This document shows, one piece after another, positions 17,575-26,824 of a stretch of DNA of 45,729 nt. A model generated the notes under the pieces. It searched no databases. It saw only the letters and a list, made by a program, of their open reading frames with translations, and had not been told where the DNA came from. Position 1 is the stretch's first letter. Each line of letters starts with the position of its first letter. The position numbers and the translations under genes are program-made. This stretch comes from Bacilli bacterium (GTDB lineage Bacteria > Bacillota_I > Bacilli_A > RF39 > UBA660): contig JAVWCU010000004.1 of assembly GCA_036648855.1 (NCBI GenBank), forward strand, positions 1-45,729, written 5' to 3'.

Positions 17575-17766
17575 ATTCAGTGATGAAAGACAATAGTAAT
17601 TGGTCTATTAAAGAGAATTCATGGTTGGTGGAAATGAATATAGATAAATTATGAATCTCCTTTCTAGAGGATTTAATCAATCCCGGGTAATACCGTTATA
17701 AAAATTAAGTAATAAATAAGGATGGTACCGCGAGATTCTCGCTCCTCAGGAGTCAGAGTCTTTTTC
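17575..17766 (+). ncRNA. T-box riboswitch (Ser)
   Basis: AGAGA and GGTTGGTG stem I motifs; specifier TCT at 17656-17658; T-box AAGGATGGTACCGCG at 17718-17732; antiterminator and terminator with T-run. Confidence 0.92.
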
Positions 17767-17792
17767 TATATAAAAAAGAAAGAAGGAATAGT

Positions 17793-19070
17793 ATGTTAGA
17801 TATTAAATTTGTTAGAGAAAACCCTAATATTGTAAAGGAGAATATTAAAAAGAAATATCAAGATTCTAAACTAGAACTAGTAGATAAAGTTATTGATTTA
17901 GATATACAAATTCGGGAACTTAAAAAAACAGGGGACGAGTTAAGAAGCACTCGTAATAAAATCAGTGAAGAAATAGGCTCTTTAATGCGAGAAAAAAAGG
18001 TTGCAGAGGGTAATTTAAAAAAGGAAGAAGTAACTTCTATTAATAACCAATTAGTTTCTATTGAGAAGCAGGAAACGGAGCTTAGTACTATTTTAAAAGA
18101 ACACATGATGCATATTCCAAATATCATAGATGCCTCTGTACCAATTGGTAAAGATGATTCTCAAAACGTTGAAATAGAGAGATTTGGAGACCCAGTTATT
18201 CCTCCTTTTGAAGTTCCATATCATGCCGATATTTTAGCTAAAATAAATGGAGTTGATAAGGATAGTGCGGGAAGAACTACTGGTAACGGTTTCTACTATT
18301 TAATGGGTAATGCTGCTAGACTTCATTCAGCTATGTTAAGTTATGCTAGAGACTTTATGATAAACCAGGGTTTTACCTATTGTATTCCCCCTTTTATGAT
18401 AAGAAGTGAAGTTGTAAGCGGAGTTATGAGTTTTGAAGAAATGGATGCTATGATGTATAAAATTGAGGGAGAAGATTTATTCTTAATTGGGACCAGTGAA
18501 CATTCTATGATTGGTAAATTTAAAGATCAATTATTAAAAGAAGAACAACTTCCTTTAACTTTAACTTCTTATTCCCCTTGTTTTAGAAAAGAAGTAGGGG
18601 CTCATGGAATCGAAGAACGGGGTCTTTATAGAGTTCATCAGTTTGAAAAGCAAGAAATGGTTGTTTTATGTAAACCAGAAGAAGCCTCTGCTTGGTATAA
18701 TAAAATGTGGAAATATAGTGTAGATTTCTTTCGTAGTCTAGATATTCCTGTTAGAACATTAGAGTGTTGTAGTGGAGACTTAGCAGATCTTAAAGTAAAG
18801 AGCTGTGATGTTGAAGCTTGGAGCCCTAGGCAACAAAAATACTTTGAAGTTGGTAGTTGTTCTAATTTAGGAGATGCACAAGCTAGAAGATTAGGAATTA
18901 GGACTAAAGGAGAAACTGGTGCATATTATGTTAATACCTTAAATAACACGGTATTAGCAACACCTAGAGGGTTAATTGCTTTCCTAGAAAACAATGTCCA
19001 AGCCGATGGTAGTATTAAGATTCCAGTAGCATTACAACCCTACATGGGAGGTATGACAACTATTAAATAA
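17793..19070 (+). CDS. serS: serine--tRNA ligase
   Basis: MLDIKFVREN, N-terminal coiled coil, GTSE, CFRKE, RVHQFEKQE and TLNNT. Confidence 0.97.
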   Translation: MLDIKFVRENPNIVKENIKKKYQDSKLELVDKVIDLDIQIRELKKTGDELRSTRNKISEEIGSLMREKKVAEGNLKKEEVTSINNQLVSIEKQETELSTILKEHMMHIPNIIDASVPIGKDDSQNVEIERFGDPVIPPFEVPYHADILAKINGVDKDSAGRTTGNGFYYLMGNAARLHSAMLSYARDFMINQGFTYCIPPFMIRSEVVSGVMSFEEMDAMMYKIEGEDLFLIGTSEHSMIGKFKDQLLKEEQLPLTLTSYSPCFRKEVGAHGIEERGLYRVHQFEKQEMVVLCKPEEASAWYNKMWKYSVDFFRSLDIPVRTLECCSGDLADLKVKSCDVEAWSPRQQKYFEVGSCSNLGDAQARRLGIRTKGETGAYYVNTLNNTVLATPRGLIAFLENNVQADGSIKIPVALQPYMGGMTTIK

Positions 19071-19145
19071 AATAGTATTTATATATCATCTTCCTATATA
19101 TTTGTGTTATAATTTTATTATTAGAATTAGAATAGGAGGAGTTAT

Positions 19146-21068
19146 ATGAATATGGATTTTTTAACATTAGGCGAAACAGCCTATAATATTTATATATCTT
19201 CTATAAAAAAATATAATTCACAACTTAAAGAAATATATAACTTAGTTATTACTAATACTGCTCAAATAAAAGAAACTAATAATATAGCTAAATCTTATCA
19301 AGAAGAAGTCAGGCTTATTCAAAAAAGCATTGTAGAACAAGAATATATCCGGGATAATTTTGAGGACAGATTTAAATACTTTCAATTACATGGCAAAGAG
19401 CTACAAGATTTATTAACTAGCTTAAAAGTACCGGATGATATAGCTTTTAAATATTGGTCAAAAATGATTAATGGTATTAAAGATGAAAAAGGTACTACAC
19501 TTAGTGATATTTATACATATTTATATGCTAGACTAAATGAACAAATCATTAATTTAAAAGAGAACTATTTAACCAAACAGCAACTAACTAATCAAATTAG
19601 AGATAGAATCAATTTAATTCGTTCAAACCAAACTAATTCTATTAGATCATCTTTAGATCTTAATAGTGAAAAGAGAAGTTTCATTGAATATTTTCAATCT
19701 TTATTAGGAACTTCCATAGAGGGAGCAAAACAGCTTCCTAATGATTTAAATGAGTTATTTCCTTTTGTTCGTTTTAATGAAGAAGAGTTAGCCTATTTAC
19801 AAGTAATTGTAGCTTATCCTAGTTTGACTATAAAGGATAAAGTTTTTCAAGATACAGAGGATATGCATAAATATACTTTTTTAACTGAACCAGATGGACC
19901 TGAGTTAATTAGTCCAAAACAGGTGGATAATGACTTAACTAAAGTATCTTCAATGGATGATATTAATAAATTTTTAGAAGAAAATAAGCTAAATATTCGT
20001 GATTTAATTAAAGAAGATAGAGATTATATTTATTCCCACGGGAATGTTAATAATATGACTCAAGTACTAGCTAAAATAGGAAGTTTTAAAAAGTTTAAAA
20101 AAGATTTATCTTTAAATTTAAAAGTTCTAGTTAATTCTACGGGGTCATGGATTGATGAGTACACTAACTTTTGTATACAAGAACATTTACACATAGAGGA
20201 AATACCTTTAGTGTGTCTTGGAATAAATCCTAATATATTTTCTGCAAATGTTAAATCTTTTAAAGAGGAAAACTATGATATTTCTGATATATTAGCCGTT
20301 TGTCCTTCTTGCTTATTTACTAGTAAGGTTGGAGATGTAAAAAGGAAATTAAACTTATTTAAAGCTTATAAAATAGATAAAGTTAGGGGTAGTAATCTTT
20401 CTAAAAGAGATTCAGCTTACCAAATTTTTAATATTAGCTATGAAACTTTAATGAATAGCTATTTTACAGCTGAAGAAGAGGATATTCTTCCATTATTTCA
20501 GTTATCTCCATCTATAATAAGGAACAGTTTGAAAAGAACTATTGGTATTACTAGGTATTGCCGCATTAATAATATTCAAACTCGGAGTGAAAGAGAAGGC
20601 GGTAATTACTGTGATTTTTACTATAGCAATGATAAATTAAAAAGACAAATTCCGGCTTTGACACCCGAAGCAATTACAAAATTAATTCCCAGTTTAGCAG
20701 AAGTTAATACTAATATTATTGCCTCTTTTGATAATGAGGAAGAGGTTAAAGCCATAAATGAATTTTATAAACCTAGAAATAAGGAAAATAAAAAGGAACT
20801 TACTGTTACAGAAATGTTTAATTATCAAACTTCTTTGCTCCGGTTTATGGAATATAATCCTAGTGAAGATCAAATATGCAATATAGATGGCTGTAGGGTA
20901 TCAGTTACTAGGGTAAAAACTGCTTTATATGCTTTGGCAGGCTCTATTTCTCATTTTAATGTGGATAAAGCCTTAGGAGCCGCTATATTTTGTGGCAGCA
21001 TGCACTCTAAACAAGAAATAGACCATGTGAAACAGGCTATTTGTCCTACTTTGGAGGCTAAGATATGA
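19146..21068 (+). CDS. hypothetical 640-aa protein: N-terminal coiled coil plus mTERF-like helical repeats
   Basis: AGGAGGAG RBS and long ORF; ~30-35-aa units such as PSCLFTSKVGDVKRKLNLFKAYKI; repeat family is an inference. Confidence 0.75.
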   Translation: MNMDFLTLGETAYNIYISSIKKYNSQLKEIYNLVITNTAQIKETNNIAKSYQEEVRLIQKSIVEQEYIRDNFEDRFKYFQLHGKELQDLLTSLKVPDDIAFKYWSKMINGIKDEKGTTLSDIYTYLYARLNEQIINLKENYLTKQQLTNQIRDRINLIRSNQTNSIRSSLDLNSEKRSFIEYFQSLLGTSIEGAKQLPNDLNELFPFVRFNEEELAYLQVIVAYPSLTIKDKVFQDTEDMHKYTFLTEPDGPELISPKQVDNDLTKVSSMDDINKFLEENKLNIRDLIKEDRDYIYSHGNVNNMTQVLAKIGSFKKFKKDLSLNLKVLVNSTGSWIDEYTNFCIQEHLHIEEIPLVCLGINPNIFSANVKSFKEENYDISDILAVCPSCLFTSKVGDVKRKLNLFKAYKIDKVRGSNLSKRDSAYQIFNISYETLMNSYFTAEEEDILPLFQLSPSIIRNSLKRTIGITRYCRINNIQTRSEREGGNYCDFYYSNDKLKRQIPALTPEAITKLIPSLAEVNTNIIASFDNEEEVKAINEFYKPRNKENKKELTVTEMFNYQTSLLRFMEYNPSEDQICNIDGCRVSVTRVKTALYALAGSISHFNVDKALGAAIFCGSMHSKQEIDHVKQAICPTLEAKI

Positions 21069-21352
21069 AGACATTTATAGAACTAGGTTTTACAGAATCC
21101 CAAATAAATGAGTTTCTTCAAGATAAAGATGAGTCATTTATCAGTTTAATATTAAATTCTCAGTCTTTAATAAGAAATAACATTTTATTCTTTAAAGAAC
21201 AAGGTTTCTCTAATTACTTAGATTTATTTCTAATTAATCCTGAATTTTTTTGCTTTGATTATAGTACAATTATAAAGAAAATAGAATCATATCAAAAAGA
21301 TGAATTAATTAATTATTTAAAGTTAAATCCCGAATTTCTAAGCCGTATTTAA
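21065..21352 (+). CDS. hypothetical 95-aa protein with mTERF-like repeats
   Basis: ATGA overlap and GGAGG RBS; FIELGF / FKEQGF and NPEFF / NPEFL recur. Confidence 0.75.
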   Translation: MKTFIELGFTESQINEFLQDKDESFISLILNSQSLIRNNILFFKEQGFSNYLDLFLINPEFFCFDYSTIIKKIESYQKDELINYLKLNPEFLSRI

Positions 21353-21372
21353 GCCTTAAAAGAGGCTTTTTT
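21351..21372 (+). terminator. intrinsic terminator
   Basis: AAGCCT-taaaag-AGGCTT plus T-run. Confidence 0.7.
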
Positions 21373-21416
21373 AGTGAAAAAACACTTAATAAAGAGATTT
21401 TATATTCTTACTTAAT

Positions 21417-21445
21417 TTGACAAACTCCTCTATTTTTGATAGAAT
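21417..21445 (+). promoter_or_regulatory. sigmaA promoter of the ankyrin gene
   Basis: TTGACA, 17 bp, TAGAAT with TG extension. Confidence 0.75.
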
Positions 21446-21479
21446 ATTGAGTTATCCCGTGAAATTAAGAGGTGTTAAG

Positions 21480-22169
21480 ATGTTTTACGATGTAGCGAAA
21501 GCTATTCAAGCCTGTGAAGAGGAACCCTCCCTGATATTTAGTCTTATGAAAGAGGGACACTTTGAGGTAGTAGATCAATTATTAAATAGTAAATATAGTC
21601 GAGTAAATTTAATTGATGAACATGGTGATAGTGTATTATCAAGATTATTAAAATATGGACAGTATGATTTAGTTCTTAAACATATGAAGCATAAAGAATG
21701 GGATATTAATCATCAAAATAATGATGGTAATACATTTGCTCATATATTAGTTTCTATCAATTATAAAAATGTCTTAGATATTATCAAGTATTTAAAAAAG
21801 AATAAAGCTTTTCTTCCTAATATTAAAAATAATAACGGAGAAACTATTCTTGATAAATCAATAAATGATAATTATATCTATACAACTGTAAAAGTATTAG
21901 AAGATACAAGGTTTAACAATATTGATATTATATCTTTTAAAAATTTATATGATACTTATGTTAAATCCAATAATTACGGGAAATACTCTAAATTAACAAA
22001 TTTAGAAATAATTTTAGATACTCTAAGTACAAAACCATTATTGCCTAAAATGACTCAAATGGTGGAGTTTATTAGAACTAATTTTGAACTTGTTAAAACA
22101 GAAATATTTTCTAATAAATATAGTTATATGGATTCTATGATCAATTTATTATTAACAAAGAGCAATTAA
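21480..22169 (+). CDS. ankyrin-repeat protein
   Basis: DEHGDSVL...GQYDLV, INHQNNDGNTFAH and NIKNNNGETIL repeats; ATG 21480 after GAGGTG. Confidence 0.85.
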   Translation: MFYDVAKAIQACEEEPSLIFSLMKEGHFEVVDQLLNSKYSRVNLIDEHGDSVLSRLLKYGQYDLVLKHMKHKEWDINHQNNDGNTFAHILVSINYKNVLDIIKYLKKNKAFLPNIKNNNGETILDKSINDNYIYTTVKVLEDTRFNNIDIISFKNLYDTYVKSNNYGKYSKLTNLEIILDTLSTKPLLPKMTQMVEFIRTNFELVKTEIFSNKYSYMDSMINLLLTKSN

Positions 22170-22236
22170 TAGGCTCTTTTTCTTTATTAAAGTAGTTACT
22201 TATAGTATAATAAAGTATGTATTTTGGAGGTGGATT

Positions 22237-23661
22237 ATGAATTTACCAGATTATAAACACGCTAAATCTAGAGGCAAAGAGCAAGTGAAAAAAGAGTCTT
22301 ATATATATAATGATAGCTATTCTACACTTGGATTAAATAAAACTTATTATGTTAAAACTTATGGTTGTCAGATGAATGAACATGATAGTGAGAATATAAA
22401 AGCTATGTTAGAACAACTAGGTTTCACTGAAGAAGATAATTACTTAAAGGCTGATTTAGTTTTATTGAATACTTGTTCCATTAGGGAAAATGCTCATAAT
22501 AAAGCTTTTGGTATGCTTGGAAGACTAAAACATTTAAAGGAAACTAAACCGGATTTATTAGTGGGAGTATGTGGTTGTATGGCCCAAGAAGAAGGAGTTG
22601 CTAAAGAACTAGTGACTAAGTTTAAATGGGTAAATTTCGTTTTTGGTACTCATAATTTAGATCAACTACCAGTTATTTTAAGTAGAGTTTTAGAAGAGAA
22701 AACTAAAGAATTAGAAATAGAAGTTTTGTCTGAAGAAGGCAATTTAATTGAGAATATACCAGTTAAGCGAGCTAATAAATTTAGAGCTTTTGTCAATATA
22801 ATATATGGCTGTGATAAATTTTGCACTTACTGTATAGTTCCTTATACTAGAGGTAAAGAAAGAAGCCGTGCTAAAGAAGATATTTTAACTGAGGTGGAGT
22901 CTTTAGTTAAGGAAGGTTATCAAGAAGTAACCTTATTAGGGCAAAATGTTAATGCATATGGCAAAGATTTACCGGGCAGTTATTACATGGAGAACTTACT
23001 AGAGGATGTCGCTAAAACAGGTATTCCAAGAGTATATTTCATGACTAGTCATCCTTGGGATTTTACTGATAATATGGTGAATGTTATTGCTAAATTTCCT
23101 AATATTATGCCAAGTATTCATTTGCCAGTTCAATCAGGTAGTAATAGGATTTTAAAACTTATGGGTAGAAGGTATACTAAAGAAGATTACTTAACTTTAT
23201 TTTATAAAATTAAAGAAAAAATTCCAAGAGTTACCATTTCTACTGATATCATTGTTGGTTTTCCTGGCGAAACAGATGAAGATTTTGAAAATACAGTTGA
23301 CCTAGTTAATGAATGTAAATTTGATAATGCATTTACTTTTATCTTTTCAAAAAGAGAAGGAACCCCTGCTGCTAAAATGGTGGATAATATAAGCCTTGAT
23401 ATAAAAAACCAAAGATTATATCGTCTTAATAAAATTGTTAATAATTACTTCTTAGAAAATAATAAAAAATTAGAAGGTCAAACAGTTTCTGTTTTAGTTG
23501 AAGGAATTAGAGCTAATAAATTAGGCTTATATGGTTACACTGATACAAAGAAATTAATTAATATTGACAGTTTGGATAAAGACTTAATTGGTAAAATTAT
23601 TTCAGTTGAAGTTACTAAGGCCAAGACTTGGAGTTTAGATGGAAAAAAAGTTAGAGACTGA
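22237..23661 (+). CDS. miaB: tRNA-2-methylthio-N6-dimethylallyladenosine synthase
   Basis: TYGCQMN, CDKFCTYC, TDIIVGFPGET and a C-terminal TRAM domain. Confidence 0.96.
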   Translation: MNLPDYKHAKSRGKEQVKKESYIYNDSYSTLGLNKTYYVKTYGCQMNEHDSENIKAMLEQLGFTEEDNYLKADLVLLNTCSIRENAHNKAFGMLGRLKHLKETKPDLLVGVCGCMAQEEGVAKELVTKFKWVNFVFGTHNLDQLPVILSRVLEEKTKELEIEVLSEEGNLIENIPVKRANKFRAFVNIIYGCDKFCTYCIVPYTRGKERSRAKEDILTEVESLVKEGYQEVTLLGQNVNAYGKDLPGSYYMENLLEDVAKTGIPRVYFMTSHPWDFTDNMVNVIAKFPNIMPSIHLPVQSGSNRILKLMGRRYTKEDYLTLFYKIKEKIPRVTISTDIIVGFPGETDEDFENTVDLVNECKFDNAFTFIFSKREGTPAAKMVDNISLDIKNQRLYRLNKIVNNYFLENNKKLEGQTVSVLVEGIRANKLGLYGYTDTKKLINIDSLDKDLIGKIISVEVTKAKTWSLDGKKVRD

Positions 23662-23995
23662 TATTTTATTAAAAATAGATGAGTTAGTAGAGTCTATAAA
23701 AAGCCATCCTACTTACTTAACATATTTAGAATTAGCAGATAAATTAAAACTAAATAAAGAAATAAATGCACTTATTGAGGAAGTTAAAGCCTATCAAAAA
23801 GAAGCTGTTAAAAAAGAAATGCTAGGAGAATTGAGTGAAGTTAAGGCTTTAGATAATGACATTTCTTCTTGCTTAAGTAAACTAAATAAGTATCCCTTAT
23901 ACTTAGACTATTTAGATTATCAAAGAGAGTTAAATACCACTTTTCAGTTAATTAAAGAAAGCTTAGAAGACTATTTGAATAAGTATACTAACTAA
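23639..23995 (+). CDS. YlbF/YmcA (RicA)-family regulator
   Basis: 118-aa helical protein; synteny miaB-ymcA-cotE as in Bacillus. Confidence 0.75.
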   Translation: MEKKLETDILLKIDELVESIKSHPTYLTYLELADKLKLNKEINALIEEVKAYQKEAVKKEMLGELSEVKALDNDISSCLSKLNKYPLYLDYLDYQRELNTTFQLIKESLEDYLNKYTN

Positions 23996-24022
23996 TAGTC
24001 TTTTTTTTTGCTATCTTTTTGA

Positions 24023-24051
24023 CACGAAAACTAAGTAATTAGCATAGATTA
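24023..24051 (+). promoter_or_regulatory. sigmaK/E-type promoter of cotE
   Basis: CACG, 16 bp, CATAGATTA. Confidence 0.5.
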
Positions 24052-24068
24052 GATTGAGGAGGGATAAA

Positions 24069-24611
24069 ATGGCTAGTTTTAAAGAAATTGTTACAAAAGC
24101 AGTAATAGGTAAAGGTAAAAAGACATTTGCGACTACTAATTATATTATGCCAGAAATTATACCTACAACGATTCTTGGATGCTGGGTTATTAACCACAAT
24201 TTTAAAGGAACTAAGAGTGGGGATAAAGTAAGAATTGATGGTAGTTATGATGTTAATATCTGGTATTCATGTGATGATGACACTAAAACAGAAGTAGTTA
24301 AACAAACTAATACTTATTCTGAACTGGTTACTGTTAAAAGAAAAACTGATGAAGATTTACAACAAGAAGATGTTATTATAAGAAGTTTAAAACAACCTAC
24401 TTGTACTAAGGCTGAAATTAATAATAATAAAATAGAGTATACGATAGAGAAAGAACTTGGTATTGAGATTGTAGGAGACACTAAAGTTAAAATTGAAACA
24501 TCTGAAGAAGAAGATCCATGGGATGATATAGAAGATGATGAAGATGAAAAAATTAATCAGGCAATTGATACAGAAGTAGAAGAAGAATACCTAGAAGATA
24601 ACGAAATTTAA
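24069..24611 (+). CDS. cotE: outer spore coat morphogenetic protein E
   Basis: EIVTKAVIGKG, ILGCWVINH, YDVNIWYS and an acidic C-terminus; ATG 24069 after GAGGAGG. Confidence 0.92.
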   Translation: MASFKEIVTKAVIGKGKKTFATTNYIMPEIIPTTILGCWVINHNFKGTKSGDKVRIDGSYDVNIWYSCDDDTKTEVVKQTNTYSELVTVKRKTDEDLQQEDVIIRSLKQPTCTKAEINNNKIEYTIEKELGIEIVGDTKVKIETSEEEDPWDDIEDDEDEKINQAIDTEVEEEYLEDNEI

Positions 24612-24631
24612 CTACTGTTAACGAAAAAGTA

Positions 24632-24660
24632 TTGACAGCCATAACGATTACCTCTATAAT
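24632..24660 (+). promoter_or_regulatory. consensus sigmaA promoter of rpsP
   Basis: TTGACA, 17 bp, TATAAT. Confidence 0.9.
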
Positions 24661-24694
24661 GGAATTAATCAATTAATGAATGGAGGAAATAATT

Positions 24695-24961
24695 ATGGCA
24701 GTTAAATTAAGATTAACCAGAATGGGTGCTAAAAAGCAACCAAGATATCGTATTGTTGCTAGTGATTCTCGTGTTAAGCGTGATGGAGAATATCTAGAAT
24801 TAGTTGGAACTTATAATCCTATTGGAAAAGAAGTAAGAATTGATGAAACAATCGCTTTAAAATGGCTTCGTCTTGGTGCTCAACCTAGTGATACAGTTAA
24901 GAATTTATTAAGTCAAGCTGGTATTATTAAGAAATTTGCTTTAGAAAAGACAGGTAAGTAA
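24695..24961 (+). CDS. rpsP: 30S ribosomal protein S16
   Basis: [20 protein letters not shown] and GAQPSDTV; ATG 24695 after GGAGG. Confidence 0.97.
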   Translation: MAVKLRLTRMGAKKQPRYRIVASDSRVKRDGEYLELVGTYNPIGKEVRIDETIALKWLRLGAQPSDTVKNLLSQAGIIKKFALEKTGK

Positions 24962-24963
24962 TT

Positions 24964-25212
24964 ATGGAATTAGTAGCACTTACGGAAGAAATTGTAAAAA
25001 CTTTAGTTCAAGATCCTGAAAGTATTTCAGTAAAACAGTTTGCCGAAAACGAAGATAATGAAGTGATTATTCAAGTAATGGTAGCAGAAAGCGATATGGG
25101 AAGAATTATTGGGAAAGCCGGAAAAGTAGCGAATGCAATTCGTACTTTAGTGCAAGCAAGTAGTTATTTAAAAGATAATAAAAAAGTCAGAGTTAATATT
25201 GATAGTTTTTAA
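24964..25212 (+). CDS. khpA: KH-domain RNA-binding protein
   Basis: DMGRIIGKAGKVANAIRT; directly after rpsP. Confidence 0.92.
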   Translation: MELVALTEEIVKTLVQDPESISVKQFAENEDNEVIIQVMVAESDMGRIIGKAGKVANAIRTLVQASSYLKDNKKVRVNIDSF

Positions 25213-25304
25213 GGAGTGCTTGTCATTTCTTTTTTTGTTAGTTCTAATAAAACTTGTAGTCTAAGGGCCTTTGTATTATAATAAAATGGTAGGTGATAAA
25301 TAAT

Positions 25305-26030
25305 ATGACCAGTGTAAAGTTACCAAATCATATGGGTATAATTATGGACGGAAATGGCAGATGGGCAACTAGTCGAGGCTTAAAAAGGCTTGCGGGGCAT
25401 CAAGAAGGAGCTAAAACTTTAAAAAAGTTATGCTTATACATATTTAAACTAGGGATACCATATTTATCTGTCTATGCTTTTTCAACCGAAAATTTTAACC
25501 GAAGTCCAGATGAAGTCGATGGACTTATGAATTTGTTTATACTATATTTTGAAAAAGAATTTGATTTCTTAAATAACTTAGGTATTAAAGTGGTGTTTTC
25601 TGGAAGTCGCCAGCCACTTTCTGATAAAGTTTTAAAAACTATGGATTATATTACAGAAAAGACTAAAAATAATACTGAGGGAACATTTAATATTTGTCTT
25701 AATTATGGAGGTCAAACTGAATTAGTAGATATGACTAAAAAAATATGTAATTTAGTCCTAGAACAGGGCCTTAAAATAGAAGATATTAATTCTGATTTAG
25801 TAGAAAAAAACTTATATCAAGATTTACCTCCTCTTGATTTTGTAATCAGAACTAGTGGAGAACAGAGAATTAGTAATTTTATGCTTTGGCAATCTGCTTA
25901 TGCAGAATACTACTTCCCTAAAGTATATTTTCCGGATTTTAATGAAGAAGAATGTGCTTTAGCTTTTCTAGAATATCAAAATAGAAATAGAAGATTTGGA
26001 GGGATAACTAATGAAAAAACGAATAATTAG
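25305..26030 (+). CDS. uppS: undecaprenyl diphosphate synthase
   Basis: IMDGNGRWA, YAFSTEN and RTSGEQRISNF; ATG 25305 after AGGTG. Confidence 0.96.
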   Translation: MTSVKLPNHMGIIMDGNGRWATSRGLKRLAGHQEGAKTLKKLCLYIFKLGIPYLSVYAFSTENFNRSPDEVDGLMNLFILYFEKEFDFLNNLGIKVVFSGSRQPLSDKVLKTMDYITEKTKNNTEGTFNICLNYGGQTELVDMTKKICNLVLEQGLKIEDINSDLVEKNLYQDLPPLDFVIRTSGEQRISNFMLWQSAYAEYYFPKVYFPDFNEEECALAFLEYQNRNRRFGGITNEKTNN

Positions 26031-26811
26031 TATTTTTGTTTTATTAATTATCTTTATACCTTTACTAATTATTGGCGGATTACCTTTTTCTTGTCTTATG
26101 GCTATAACGGGTGTTTTAGGCATAAGAGAACTGTTTAAAGTACGAGAAGAAAAAAAGAAGTTTCCGGTTTTTCTAACTTTGGTAGCATATTGTACCGTTA
26201 TTTATCTTACTTGTACCCCAAGTGAAATAGGAAATTTATCCTTCTTATTAGATTATAGGTTTTTAGCTTTCCTTCTTTTCACTTTTTTAATACCCATTGT
26301 CATAATTGATGATAATAAAAAGTATAATTTAAATGATTCCTTATTTTTACTGGGATCAACTCTGTTTATAGGCTTATCATTTAATTTAATTGTTATGATT
26401 AGAGATTATTCTCTACAATACATATTATTTTTATTTGTTATTACTTCTTTTACTGATGTTTTTGCTTATATAGGAGGAAACCTTATTGGTAAACACAAGT
26501 TAAGTCCTAATATTTCACCTAAGAAAACAGTAGAAGGCTTAATAGTGGGGACATTAATGGGAGTTATTGCTGCTTCTATCTTTTATCTAGAAGTTATTAA
26601 TCCAAATATTTCAGTTATTATTTTATTAATAGTAACAATTACTTTATCCCTAACTGGCCAACTTGGAGATTTGGTTTTCTCAGCTATTAAAAGATATTAT
26701 AATAAAAAAGATTTTTCTAATCTTATCCCTGGCCATGGGGGTATTCTTGACCGATTAGATAGTATTATTTTTGTAGCCTTAGCTGCAGTTATATTCTTAG
26801 CCATCATATAA
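26011..26811 (+). CDS. cdsA: phosphatidate cytidylyltransferase
   Basis: SPKKTVEG and KDFSNLIPGHGGILDRLDS. Confidence 0.96.
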   Translation: MKKRIISIFVLLIIFIPLLIIGGLPFSCLMAITGVLGIRELFKVREEKKKFPVFLTLVAYCTVIYLTCTPSEIGNLSFLLDYRFLAFLLFTFLIPIVIIDDNKKYNLNDSLFLLGSTLFIGLSFNLIVMIRDYSLQYILFLFVITSFTDVFAYIGGNLIGKHKLSPNISPKKTVEGLIVGTLMGVIAASIFYLEVINPNISVIILLIVTITLSLTGQLGDLVFSAIKRYYNKKDFSNLIPGHGGILDRLDSIIFVALAAVIFLAII

Positions 26812-26824
26812 TAGGAGGAAAGTT

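Noticed and set aside
21417-21479. TTG start for the ankyrin protein given in the ORF track
   Set aside because: That TTG is the start of a TTGACA -35 box; ATG 21480 has a proper RBS.
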